From contig CAWGAT010000029.1 in the NCBI GenBank assembly GCA_963820555.1, forward strand, positions 59,718 to 123,717: a stretch of 64,000 nucleotides of DNA, written 5' to 3'. A model generated the notes under the pieces. It ran no database searches and was not told where the DNA came from. It saw nothing but the letters and a program-made list of their open reading frames with translations. Origin of the DNA: Candidatus Bathyarchaeota archaeon. GTDB taxonomy: Archaea; Thermoproteota; Bathyarchaeia; TCS64. Positions within the stretch are counted from its first letter, which is position 1. The number at the start of each line of letters is the position of its first letter. The position numbers were made by a program, and so were the translations under genes. Positions 40,268 to 50,028 of this stretch are shown one piece after another.

Positions 40268-41749
40268 TTGAGCGAGCGGACGCCCCAGTTCCTACAGCGC
40301 ATAATCGAGGCAGGCTACCAACTCAGCCCGGACGCCTACGCCTACCTCATGGGGCTACCCGCTGAAACCGCAGACACACTATCCCATAAAGCAGTCATCA
40401 AGGCAGACTCCTCACCCCAGCCACTCTTCGTCCTCGACAAGGGCTACCTGCTCACATTCGTCGAGACCCCACGACCTGAGCCGCTCCCCCAGAAGAACCG
40501 CCCAATACCCGCTAGGGACAAGGGCGCGCCTCTCAAAGTCCTTGAGGAGGAGCCCGCCCAGCCCGCCAGCGACGCCGAGGGTTTCCTGCAGTACTTCCAG
40601 AGCCGATACGACCGCCTCGAGACCATCCTCAAGCGCCGCGTCGACGTAAAGGACGCTATATCAATAGAGCAAGCACTCAAGCTCCCAATCAAGACCAAAC
40701 TTAAGACTACAGGCATCGTCGCCGAGAAACGCACCACGAGGCAACAAGCTCTTCATCGAGCTCGAGGACCGCCATTCTACCATCAGCGTCATGGCCAGCG
40801 ACGAGGAGACAGTCCGCCACGGCCTCGAACTCCAAGAGGACCAGGTCATCGCCGTCGACGCCGTCAAGTACACAGACGACTTACTCATCGCAAACGACTG
40901 GATATGGCCCGACGTTCCTAACAACACCCCCCGCCGAAGCCCCGAGCCATTATACGCCGCCCTCCTCGCAGACGTCCACGTCGGCTCAAAATACTTCAGA
41001 GGCGACCTCTTCGACAAGTTCATAGACTGGATGAACCTCGAACTCGGCCCACCCCAGAGCAGGGACGCCGCGGCACGCGTCAAGTACGTTGTTATCGCTG
41101 GCGACCTCGTCGACGGCGTCGGCATCTACCCCGAGCAACTAGAAGAACTCACAATATCCGACATCCGCGAGCAGTACCGGGTGGCCGCGGAGCTTCTCAA
41201 ACAGCTACCCGACTACGTCGAGATCGTCGTCACCCCCGGCAACCACGACGCCACCCGCCACAGCATGCCCCAGCCCCCCATACCCAAGGAGTACGCTAAG
41301 GAGCTACACGAGGATCCACGTGTCAAGATGCTCCCCAGTCCATGTAGACTCAACCTAAACGGCGTTGAGACTTCTCGTCGAGCACGGCAAGGGGATGGAC
41401 GATATACTCAGCAGCACACCTGGCTACGAGTTCCACCACCCCATTAAGGCGATGGAGCTCCTTTTCAGGTGCCGCCACTTCGCCCCCCGATATGGGCAGA
41501 GCACCCCCATAGCCCCGGAGCGCACCGACAGGCTCGTCATAGGTAGCATACCCGACGCCATGCTCATGGGCCACGTCCACATCAATGAGACTAAAGCGCT
41601 ACAAGGGCGTCACCCTCGTCTCCGCTGGCTCATGGCAGGACCAGACCCCCTTCCAGAAGCGTATGCAGATAGAACCCACAACCGGCGTCGCCACAATATT
41701 CGACCTGCAGACCCACCAGACACTCGACCTCGACTTCAAGCGCTTCTAG
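40268..41749 (+). CDS. polB: DNA polymerase II (PolD) small subunit DP1 (three apparent frameshifts)
   Basis: YFQSRYDRL, OB fold, ADVHVGS, AGDLVDGVGIYP, PGNHDA, HGKGMDD, RHFAP.YG, GHVH phosphoesterase motifs across frames. Confidence 0.92.
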
Positions 41750-42290
41750 TGAGGCCACGCGCCAAGATCCCCGCGACCCTTAACGGCTCCGGTGCCCTCG
41801 TCAAAGACGCCGAGGACCTAAGCACCTCCTCACACCAATCCTTCGACTCCCCCACCACCTCGAAGAACACAGGCGGATAACCCGTCCTCGTCACGAGGCT
41901 GTAAACTTCCCCCAGCTTCGCGATCGGAGCCCACCTCTCAGCCCAATCAGAGAAGTGAGCCCTTAACGCTGCCAATACTGAGGCACTATCGGGCTTCTCC
42001 CCCGAATAAACGATCACTGGGACACCGAGGTCCTCGTGCAATCTCACTGGATCCATTATGTTGAACCCGGCGAAGGAAACGCCACCAAGGATCAACGCAT
42101 CGCAGCGGATGTTTACAAGCATCCCAAGCAGCACATCTGTGGCGTCCCGCCCGTCGACGGCTACTTTGCCCAGCCTCACCGATTCTACTCTGTCCTCTAC
42201 CATCAAGACGGCGCAGAGAAGAGTGGACTGCCCAGGCTGGAAGGCCCTAAAACCGCCGTCCTCCACCCCCACGAGGCTGAGAGAACTCAA
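41736..42290 (-). CDS. DUF99 family protein (endonuclease V-like, COG1628)
   Basis: VGVEDG, VDGRDAT, GVSFAGFNIMD, PEPLRVA. Confidence 0.82.
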   Translation of the reverse strand: MSSLSLVGVEDGGFRAFQPGQSTLLCAVLMVEDRVESVRLGKVAVDGRDATDVLLGMLVNIRCDALILGGVSFAGFNIMDPVRLHEDLGVPVIVYSGEKPDSASVLAALRAHFSDWAERWAPIAKLGEVYSLVTRTGYPPVFFEVVGESKDWCEEVLRSSASLTRAPEPLRVAGILARGLTRSA

Positions 42291-42733
42291 TACTTCTCGA
42301 GCTTACCCTTGATCTGGCACTTAATAAGGAACTGTGGATAGGACTTCTTCGGCACCTTGACCTCGCCGCTCAGGATGACTATCTTCTCGATCCCTCTGAG
42401 TGCCTCCGAGTCAACATCCTTCTCAAAGACGAGGGTACCACTACTCTCAATCCTGAACGGACCCATGTCCCTACTGATGTCGAGGACATCATTCTTCGAC
42501 AATGTGACCTCACCCTCGTCCTCAACAGTGAGGACGAAGCTTCCCCCAGTCTGAACCACTCCAACACCTGCGGTGGGGGAACTCACATTCTCGGCTAGGT
42601 CACCGTCGATGTACGCCTTCAGGGCGGAGTTCACCAGGTCGCTGACGCGCTTACCGTCCTTCTTCGCCATTGAGAATACCTCGTTGTAAAGCCCCGTATC
42701 GAGACCCCTGATGGCGACAGTTTTGCGTGTCAT
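42287..42733 (-). CDS. Ribbon-helix-helix-type N-domain protein
   Basis: MTRKTVAIRGLDTGLYNEVFSMAKKDGKRVSDLVNSALKAYI fits the RHH beta-alpha-alpha pattern; beta-rich C-domain. Confidence 0.65.
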   Translation of the reverse strand: MTRKTVAIRGLDTGLYNEVFSMAKKDGKRVSDLVNSALKAYIDGDLAENVSSPTAGVGVVQTGGSFVLTVEDEGEVTLSKNDVLDISRDMGPFRIESSGTLVFEKDVDSEALRGIEKIVILSGEVKVPKKSYPQFLIKCQIKGKLEKY

Positions 42734-42751
42734 GTTTACGGTGCGACCTGA

Positions 42752-42787
42752 TAACTTGTTTACATGTTTACTTGTTAACAAGTAATC
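42752..42787. promoter_or_regulatory. Perfect 18-bp palindrome TTACTTGTTAACAAGTAA within 8-bp tandem repeats
   Basis: Palindrome at 42768-42785; TTGTTTAC/ATGTTTAC/TTGTTAAC tandem at 42756-42779; lies between divergent DNA-binding genes. Confidence 0.65.
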
Positions 42788-42835
42788 TTATAAGCTTATC
42801 GCGGAAGTTCTTCTTTCACCGACGACAGGCGGATT

Positions 42836-43510
42836 ATGGAGACGACTATTATGGCTCGAGTGGTGCCCCTGAGAGATGCGTTAAACGGCGATAAAAGTCG
42901 ATCGGTCAACAGGATCACCCCTAAGGAGACGAACTTCGTCAAATACACACAGATCTTCCGCCAACTACTACTACTCAATGAGAAGAACGACCTCGCCACC
43001 ACTCTGAAGAACATACAGGAGTTACTCAACTTCAGCGAGAACATATTCAGCTCTCCCGCTGTGGCGGAGACCTTCCTCTACTTCTGTCTACACGGGGCAG
43101 CGACAGCCTGGGTGCTCCAGACTGAGCTCAACCAGCCCGAGGCCACGGTCTACAGGACTCTGAAGAGGCTCAGGGCAGTTGGCCTAATAGGCCCCGCCCT
43201 CAAGGTCTCAAAGGTCCAGTCGAGTAAAGGAGGCCCACGCCCAACCATCTGGGCGCTGGAGAGTGCGAGTGGGGACGAGATCGCCGCGGCATTGAAACAC
43301 CATTACAGGACCCTAAGTCCCAAGTACCGCGTCGCTGAGGAGGTCGCGCAGACCATCCTCGATCAGTACGTCAAGAAGGGGCGTGAGGAGATCACCTACA
43401 GGGACCTACTCGACCAGATAAAGGAGATGCGGATACCCTTCAAGGCCCCCGACATCGCAGATCTCGCGGCCCAATACCTCGTCGAGAAGGGTGTAAAGGT
43501 CTGGCGCTAA
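42836..43510 (+). CDS. Winged-helix DNA-binding protein (hypothetical regulator)
   Basis: GAATAWVLQTELNQPEATVYRTLKRLRAVGLI...GPRPTIW wHTH with wing. Confidence 0.7.
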   Translation: METTIMARVVPLRDALNGDKSRSVNRITPKETNFVKYTQIFRQLLLLNEKNDLATTLKNIQELLNFSENIFSSPAVAETFLYFCLHGAATAWVLQTELNQPEATVYRTLKRLRAVGLIGPALKVSKVQSSKGGPRPTIWALESASGDEIAAALKHHYRTLSPKYRVAEEVAQTILDQYVKKGREEITYRDLLDQIKEMRIPFKAPDIADLAAQYLVEKGVKVWR

Positions 43511-44488
43511 GCTAGACTGTAGCGTAGTAGGCCGTCTTCGTTTGATTCTCTAATTTCGCCCTTATTCCTCAGGTAGACTGAGGTGGGCGTAGGTCTCAGC
43601 GGCGGCCATCCTCTTAGTCCAGAAGTCCATAAGCGGCCACGGACGGCTGTCCCAGTGGATGGCACTGGCAACATCGAAGACCGTGCTTTTCCCGCTTTTC
43701 AAGGCCAAGTTAACCTCCCCTAGGCGGGCTTCGTGGTGTTTAAAGAGCTGTGCAACGCGGCTGCGGAGGTCGGTAAAGTTCGCCTCGTGACCCGGTAGGA
43801 TGAGATCCACGGGTAGATCCTTGACCTTGTTCAAGCTGTTTAGGTAGTCTCCAAGTGGATCCCTCTTTTCCCAGGTGTGGAGGCTGACATGGCTAGTGAT
43901 CTTCGGCAGGACGTGGTCGCCGCTGAAGAGGATTCGCCTATCCGCGTCGTGGAGGCAGATGTGCTCAGCAGCGTGGCCTGGGGTCCAGATCACCTTCAGC
44001 TTCATGCCTGCGAGGTCGAGTGTGTCACCGTCCTCGAGGAGCTTATCGAGTCTCAGCGGTTCAGGGTCTTCCCTGAAGGCATGCTCGAAGCGGCTGAGGA
44101 ACTGTTGGAAGGAGCCGCCGCCCATGAGTTGGAGTTCCTCCGAGGTGTTTCTGTACATCTCCTTGTAGATCCTGATCTGCTCCTGTTGGCGCTCCTCGGC
44201 GACACGGTGGGCGAGGGTCTCAACATCCACGCTCTGCCTTATGTACTCGATGAGTCCGACGTGGTCGTTGTGCATGTGGGTGATGATAATCCTCTCTAGG
44301 TCCTTGACGCGTGTCCCCTGTTCGCTGAGCTGTTTCTCCAGGGCGTTGAAGGAGCCCCAGTCGGGTATGCCCGCGTCTATGAGGGTCTTCGACTCCTTGA
44401 GGAAGTATGAGTAGGTGTAGCCTAGGGGGTTGTGCCTCATCGGAACCTTGAATTGGTGGACGCCGTCGGCGACCTGCATCTGAGCCAC
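43507..44488 (-). CDS. MBL-fold metallo-hydrolase (apparent frameshift near 43580)
   Basis: THMHNDHVG, TPGHA, SGDHVL, PGHE. The C-terminus VYLRNKGEIRES...YSLA* lies in another frame. Confidence 0.88.
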
Positions 44489-44699
44489 TCCCGCTAAGAG
44501 GAATCGCTTAGACTTAAAGCGTTGGGGAGAACCAGAGCTCAGGCGTAGTGCTAATCCCCAGCGCTAAGAATGTGCTATTAGGCGTTTGCTTATGTCTCTG
44601 ATTGCCTAATCTGTTGATGATGGGCGAAGCAATATATTCGATGCTTCTTAGGCAGAGAACATGAAGCCCCGCAGACGAGGCCCCGACGGAGGATTATAG

Positions 44700-45695
44700 A
44701 TGGATTACGCTATCAAGGTCGATGGCCTGACTAAGAAGTTCAAGGACGTAATCGCTGTTGACCACATCTCCTTCGAAGTGGAGCACGGGGAGCTCTTCGG
44801 CCTCCTAGGGCCGAACGGGGCTGGAAAAACCACTACGATAAACATGCTCTGCACTCTCCTCAAGCCGACCTCGGGGTATGCCGAGGTAGCGGGGTACGAC
44901 GTTACGAAGAAGAGAGATATGGTTAGGAACAACATAGGCATCGTCTTCCAGGAAACCGCCCTCGACGAGAGGCTGACGGGTCGAGAGAACCTCGACTTCC
45001 ACTCAGTCATGTATGGTATACCCACGGATGTGAGGCGCAGGAGAATAGACGAGGTTCTGGACCTCGTCGAGCTTAAGGACAAGGCGAATGTCCTCGTCGA
45101 GAAGTACTCGGGTGGAATGAAGAGGCGCCTCGAGATAGCCAGGGGCCTAATTCACAGACCGAAGGTCCTATTCCTGGATGAGCCTTCCTTAGGCCTCGAC
45201 GCCCAGACGAGGCGGAACATATGGGAGTACATTAAGAAGCTGAACGAGGAAGACGTAACCATCATCCTTACGACCCATTACATGGAGGAGGCGGATTACC
45301 TCTGCGACAGGGTCGCGATAGTGGATCATGGTAGAATCGTCGCCATCGACACACCGGTTAACCTCAAGGACGCCCTCGGAGGCGACGTCCTCACTCTGGA
45401 GATCGTCGATGACGCCGATACGGGTCTTGAGGAGCAGCTCAGGACAATGGATTGGGTCGTTGGGGTAGACAGGCGCAAAGGGGCCATCGAGCTAAGGGTC
45501 AGGAACGCCGACCAGCATCTCCCAGAGGTCTTCACCGAGGCCGAGAAAAGGGGTGTAACAATCACTTCGGTCCACCTCAGAAAACCGAGTCTCGAGGACG
45601 TCTATCTGAAGTTCACCGGGAGAAAGATACGGGAGCCGGAGGCTGGCCAAGGCACACTCGGCGGCGCCTCTGGGGGCGGGGAGGGGAATAAATGA
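44700..45695 (+). CDS. ABC-2 (DrrA-like) exporter ATP-binding subunit
   Basis: GPNGAGKTT, YSGGMKRRLEIA, FLDEPSLGLD, TTHYMEEAD, PSLEDVY. Confidence 0.92.
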   Translation: MDYAIKVDGLTKKFKDVIAVDHISFEVEHGELFGLLGPNGAGKTTTINMLCTLLKPTSGYAEVAGYDVTKKRDMVRNNIGIVFQETALDERLTGRENLDFHSVMYGIPTDVRRRRIDEVLDLVELKDKANVLVEKYSGGMKRRLEIARGLIHRPKVLFLDEPSLGLDAQTRRNIWEYIKKLNEEDVTIILTTHYMEEADYLCDRVAIVDHGRIVAIDTPVNLKDALGGDVLTLEIVDDADTGLEEQLRTMDWVVGVDRRKGAIELRVRNADQHLPEVFTEAEKRGVTITSVHLRKPSLEDVYLKFTGRKIREPEAGQGTLGGASGGGEGNK

Positions 45696-46462
45696 GGGGC
45701 GTCAACCTGAAAGCCGTCTACATCCTCTGGCTCAGGGAGATGAAGACCTTCTACAGGGCGAAGTCCCGAATAGTGGGCACTGTCGTGACCCCTCTATTCC
45801 TCCTCGCCTTCCTAGGCTTCGGGTTCGCTGGAGCAATCCTCCCCGGAGTACCCACTGGGGTGGATTACCTCGAATATCTCACCCCCGGGATAATCGGGAT
45901 GACGATGATCTTCACCTCGATGTTCACAGGGTTGTCGGTGCTTTGGGACAGGCGCTACGGTTTCCTCAAGGAGATAATGGTTACGCCTGTGAGTAGGATG
46001 ACGATTGTGCTGGGCCGAATAGCTGGTGGATTAACAACTTCGATGATGGAGGGGCTATCCATCCTAGCGATTTCGTTGTTTCTCGGCTTCAAGTTGAGCG
46101 GCATAATCGATTTGATACTAACACTCGTATTCATGCTGCTGATCTCGGTCTCCTTCATTGGACTTGGGTTGGCTATAGCCTCACTCCTGAAGGATGAGCA
46201 GGGGTTCGGGTTGATAATGAACTTCATAATCTCGCCACTGCTATTCCTCTCTGGTATCTTCTACCCCGTCGAGAATCTGCCGATAGCTCTTCGAGTGGCC
46301 TCTTACCTCAACCCCTTAACATACGGCGTGGACGGTTTGCGGGGGGCACTCATCGGCGTCTCTTTCCTGCCATGGATCCTCAACCTCGCTATCTTGACAG
46401 GATTCTGCGTTGGGATCGTCCTACTGGGCACTTTCCTATTCGAGAAGAACGAGGCAGTTTGA
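45692..46462 (+). CDS. ABC-2 type permease
   Basis: Six TM segments, WDRRYGFLKEI, LSGIFYP, NPLTYGVDGLR; ATGA overlap with the ATPase. Confidence 0.92.
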   Translation: MRGVNLKAVYILWLREMKTFYRAKSRIVGTVVTPLFLLAFLGFGFAGAILPGVPTGVDYLEYLTPGIIGMTMIFTSMFTGLSVLWDRRYGFLKEIMVTPVSRMTIVLGRIAGGLTTSMMEGLSILAISLFLGFKLSGIIDLILTLVFMLLISVSFIGLGLAIASLLKDEQGFGLIMNFIISPLLFLSGIFYPVENLPIALRVASYLNPLTYGVDGLRGALIGVSFLPWILNLAILTGFCVGIVLLGTFLFEKNEAV

Positions 46463-46651
46463 TCGGCTAGACAAGAGCCAAAACGTTTTCATTGCATCGA
46501 GCTTAGGGATTCTGCCACTCGAATCTCGGGAGGTCCAACCAATTAGGACCGTGCGTGGGTATCCCCTCATTGATGAGGATCTTCGACTTTTAGGACGTTG
46601 TGCGCGTGGTGCCGTAAAGCGTCTTTTAAATGAATGGTTGCGCCCAGATAC

Positions 46652-47860
46652 CTAGTTCCTCTTGCTCCTGTAAGTGTAGATGAGCAGAAATAGCGCCACT
46701 ATCCCCGCTACACCCATCGTCGTCCAGACGACGTTGAAGTTGTACCTGTCGATCAGGAAGCCTAGGAGCATCGACCAGAGAGCGCTGACACCCGCACCAA
46801 CCGCGAAGAACAGACCAGTGAGTATGTCGCGTTCGTTGGGGCCCGCCACACTCATCAGGTGAGCCTGCATGAGCGAGGTCAGGGAAAAGGTTGTCAGCGA
46901 GAGCAAGAATAGGTTCGGGATTATCAGCAGGCTGAATGTAGTGTAAAGGCTCAAGGATAATATCATCAACGTAGTGATGGTCAATGAGATCATCGCTATC
47001 TTGAGGTAACCCCTCTTCTCAGCCACCCTACCAAGGTAGATCGTACCGATGACGCCGCCTATCGTCCCGAGAGCGCTGACGATGCCAGCCGCGAGTATCG
47101 GCTGACCCAACCCCTTTGGGCTCTGGAGAAACAGAGGGACCCAAGTGTTGAGCACTCCGAGCCCCGTGCCACCGGAGACGAAGCCGTAAGCGAGGAGGAT
47201 CGCGATAGCGCCAGGGACCTTCAGTGATGCCTTCAAATCTTGGCCTAGGTTTCTATCTTTGCGGTCGATCTGAATTACGCCGGCCGCTGGTTCCTTCTTA
47301 AGCACTACAAGGATGAGTATACCTGTGCAGATGGGTATCAAGCCGAGAACGAAGAAAGCAGATTGATAGCCGTAGAGGAAAGCCACTCCTGATAGTAGTA
47401 GGGGGCTTATGATGTTGCCCACGTACCCGAGGCCGAAGAAGACTGAGAGGGCGGAGCCAATCCCCCTTTTCTGGTATTTTTCCGTTATTATTGATGTGCT
47501 CATAGGGTGCTGCCCCGCTTGGCCTATTCCCGATGTGGAGGTGCCACCTAGGACGAGGGCGAACCGGTCAGCGGCTCCGGTGAAAACGCACCCGAGGCCC
47601 ATCAGGATGTTGGAGCCGCCTAGGAGGACTCGCCTCGAGATCCTGCGGCTCAGTATACTGTACAAGAGGGGGAGGATCCCTAGGACGTTCAGGAGCCCTG
47701 TCATTACTCCAATCTGCGTGTAGTCGAGTTTCAGGGCGTTGATCATACTCTGGTTGAGTATTCCGGCGCCTTGGAAGAAGTGTTGAGATGTATGGGAGAT
47801 CGTGACCGCCCCGAGCACCTGCTTATCTGACAGGCCTGAGTTCTCTTTGTCTTCCCCCAT
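46652..47860 (-). CDS. MFS transporter
   Basis: 402 aa with about 12 TM segments. Confidence 0.82.
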   Translation of the reverse strand: MGEDKENSGLSDKQVLGAVTISHTSQHFFQGAGILNQSMINALKLDYTQIGVMTGLLNVLGILPLLYSILSRRISRRVLLGGSNILMGLGCVFTGAADRFALVLGGTSTSGIGQAGQHPMSTSIITEKYQKRGIGSALSVFFGLGYVGNIISPLLLSGVAFLYGYQSAFFVLGLIPICTGILILVVLKKEPAAGVIQIDRKDRNLGQDLKASLKVPGAIAILLAYGFVSGGTGLGVLNTWVPLFLQSPKGLGQPILAAGIVSALGTIGGVIGTIYLGRVAEKRGYLKIAMISLTITTLMILSLSLYTTFSLLIIPNLFLLSLTTFSLTSLMQAHLMSVAGPNERDILTGLFFAVGAGVSALWSMLLGFLIDRYNFNVVWTTMGVAGIVALFLLIYTYRSKRN

Positions 47861-47910
47861 AATGTTGAATCGCCTAAACAGATTCAGGGCGGGGCAGCTT
47901 GCGTTTAAAG

Positions 47911-49557
47911 CTACTCTTTCTGCTTGGGACCGCTACGGACGGTGCTCGATTCTAAGGCCTTGCTACGGCTGTAAACTACCTTTCCACCGACGATTGTCAT
48001 CTCGACGGCTATGCTACGCATCCCGCTCTCGTCTACCTTGTACGGGTCTGCTGAGAGCACCGTAAAGTCGGCGAGTTTCCCCTCTTCTATAGTTCCTTTG
48101 CGGACTTCGTCGAATCCGACGTACGCCGCGTTGACGGTGTACATGCGGATTGCCTGGTCGATGGTTACACGCTCCCCGGCTGTGATGATCTTACCGGTGT
48201 TCTCCGATTGGCGTGTGACAGCAGACCAGATGCCCTTCAGAGGGTTACAGTAGGTGAGGGGGCAGTCGGAGCTACCGCTCACGATTATGCCTTCATCAAG
48301 CATCGACTTTATGGGGTAAGTGTATCTCATCCGCTTCTCCCCTAGGGAAGATTCGAAGCCGTCCCCATTCCGGGTGACAAGCTCCGGCTGGGTGGAGACC
48401 ACGACGCCTAATTTCTTTGCCTTATCCCTGAGCGCCTTCGGGACTATGCTACCGTGCTCGATTCGGTGCCTATGGTTGGCCCTCGGAGTGTCCCTCAGGG
48501 CTGTCTCATATGCGTTCAGCACCGCCTCGATAGCGCGGTCACCGACTGCGTGTACCGCTATCTGCATACCTGCCCTGTTCGCGTCGAGGATCTGCTTCGA
48601 GAAGACCTTCTCATCGTTCAAGATGCCCACGTTATCGGGCTCACCCTCGAAGTGCTCCTTCATTGCTGCTGTCCTTGCGATGAGGGAACCGTCACTGAAT
48701 ATCTTGATCGCCCCGATCTTTAACATGTCGTCTCCGAGCCCCGAGCCGATACCCACCTGAAGGATGTTGGGGAGGAGCTCAACTTTCGGCAGAAGAGTCA
48801 CTCTTAGGGGTAACTTGCCCTCAGCGGCGAGTTCCTGTGTGACTTTAATCTCGTCGTGGTCAGCGGAGGGGACGTGGATGGCTGTTAGGCCGTACTCGAC
48901 GGCTCGCCCGACGCCAATCAGTATCGCCTCCTTGAGGGTGGCAAGGTCTGGCCGGGGACGAACCCCGTTCAGACCTACAGGAGCCATGAACCTCGCATTG
49001 GACCTCAGGAACCCGGTCGGCTCCCCCTTTGCGTCAACAACTATCCATCCGCCAGCTGGCGGCTTCGTGTTTCTATTGATGCCGGATGCTTGAAGGCCTC
49101 TGGTGTTGAGGAGCGTAGCATGGCAGGAGAAGTGGTGTAGGTAGACGGGGTTATCTGGGGAGACGTCGTCGATGTCCCATCGGGTCAGGAGGCGCCTCTC
49201 CTTGAGGAGGCTCTCGTTCCAACCTCGCCCCATGACCCACTCCCCCTTATAAGTCCCCTTCACCCTCTCCATGAGGAGACTCCTGACCTCCTCCACTGAT
49301 GTCGCTTCCTCGAGGTTTAGGGTCCTCAGAGTCAACCCGAAGTCGTCGAGGTGGACGTGGGTGTCGATGAACCCTGGTAGGACGGTCTTCCCATCGAGGT
49401 CCAGTACCTTCGTGTCTCTCCCCATGTCCTTCTTCACCTCACTGCTCGAGCCTACTTGAGCTATCAACCCGTATTTCACAGCGACCGCCTCGACCCGAGG
49501 CGTCGTCTTGTTCAGCGTCAGTACGTTTCCATTCGTGAGTACAAGGTCAGGATACAT
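47911..49557 (-). CDS. Amidohydrolase 3 family protein (YtcJ-like)
   Basis: PGFIDTHVH, KIFSDGSL, HAVGDRA, RIEHGS, SSDCP, YTVNAAY, GKLADF. Confidence 0.9.
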   Translation of the reverse strand: MYPDLVLTNGNVLTLNKTTPRVEAVAVKYGLIAQVGSSSEVKKDMGRDTKVLDLDGKTVLPGFIDTHVHLDDFGLTLRTLNLEEATSVEEVRSLLMERVKGTYKGEWVMGRGWNESLLKERRLLTRWDIDDVSPDNPVYLHHFSCHATLLNTRGLQASGINRNTKPPAGGWIVVDAKGEPTGFLRSNARFMAPVGLNGVRPRPDLATLKEAILIGVGRAVEYGLTAIHVPSADHDEIKVTQELAAEGKLPLRVTLLPKVELLPNILQVGIGSGLGDDMLKIGAIKIFSDGSLIARTAAMKEHFEGEPDNVGILNDEKVFSKQILDANRAGMQIAVHAVGDRAIEAVLNAYETALRDTPRANHRHRIEHGSIVPKALRDKAKKLGVVVSTQPELVTRNGDGFESSLGEKRMRYTYPIKSMLDEGIIVSGSSDCPLTYCNPLKGIWSAVTRQSENTGKIITAGERVTIDQAIRMYTVNAAYVGFDEVRKGTIEEGKLADFTVLSADPYKVDESGMRSIAVEMTIVGGKVVYSRSKALESSTVRSGPKQKE

Positions 49558-49750
49558 GTGGCCCCACTCGGTTACTGTGCTGTGCCACGCGCTATTAATA
49601 ATGACTAAAACGGAGTATTAGGTCGACTACTCTTCTCTTGGATATCGGGGCGACTGAAGAATAAAGCTCGTTGAGGGATCCTCTAAAATAAGACAAATCG
49701 CTTTTCATTATTCAATTGAGTTTAAAATAACGACTTTCTAGATAATTTTC

Positions 49751-49775
49751 TTCTAAAAAAGCGCCTTTTTTAGAA
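49751..49775. promoter_or_regulatory. Perfect inverted repeat TTCTAAAAAAG-CGC-CTTTTTTAGAA
   Basis: 11-bp arms in the divergent gap between the amidohydrolase and ABC exporter genes. Confidence 0.5.
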
Positions 49776-50028
49776 ACTTGTTACTTCCGGTAAACTTTAT
49801 TACAGAGGACTCCCGACCATTGAAGAATAATCGCAGGCCCTAATCTTGACGTTGGAGAGAGAGTTTCTAGGATACGCCAAAGGCCTAACAACAGGTACGT
49901 ACCCCACGGAGTCTCGGCTGACAAACGGAGCTTTTTGGCCTATGTAATCGGTTTCAAGAGATGAAGTGATGTGAGTGTTGCTAAGCCGATCCTTGAGTAT
50001 GTGAAGAACCTCAAAGTAACAGCTCGAT

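Noticed and set aside
49846-49947. 33-aa TTG-started ORF upstream of the ABC exporter as a possible exported precursor peptide
   Set aside because: No leader or cleavage motif, no SD, no modifying enzymes nearby; nothing distinguishes it from chance
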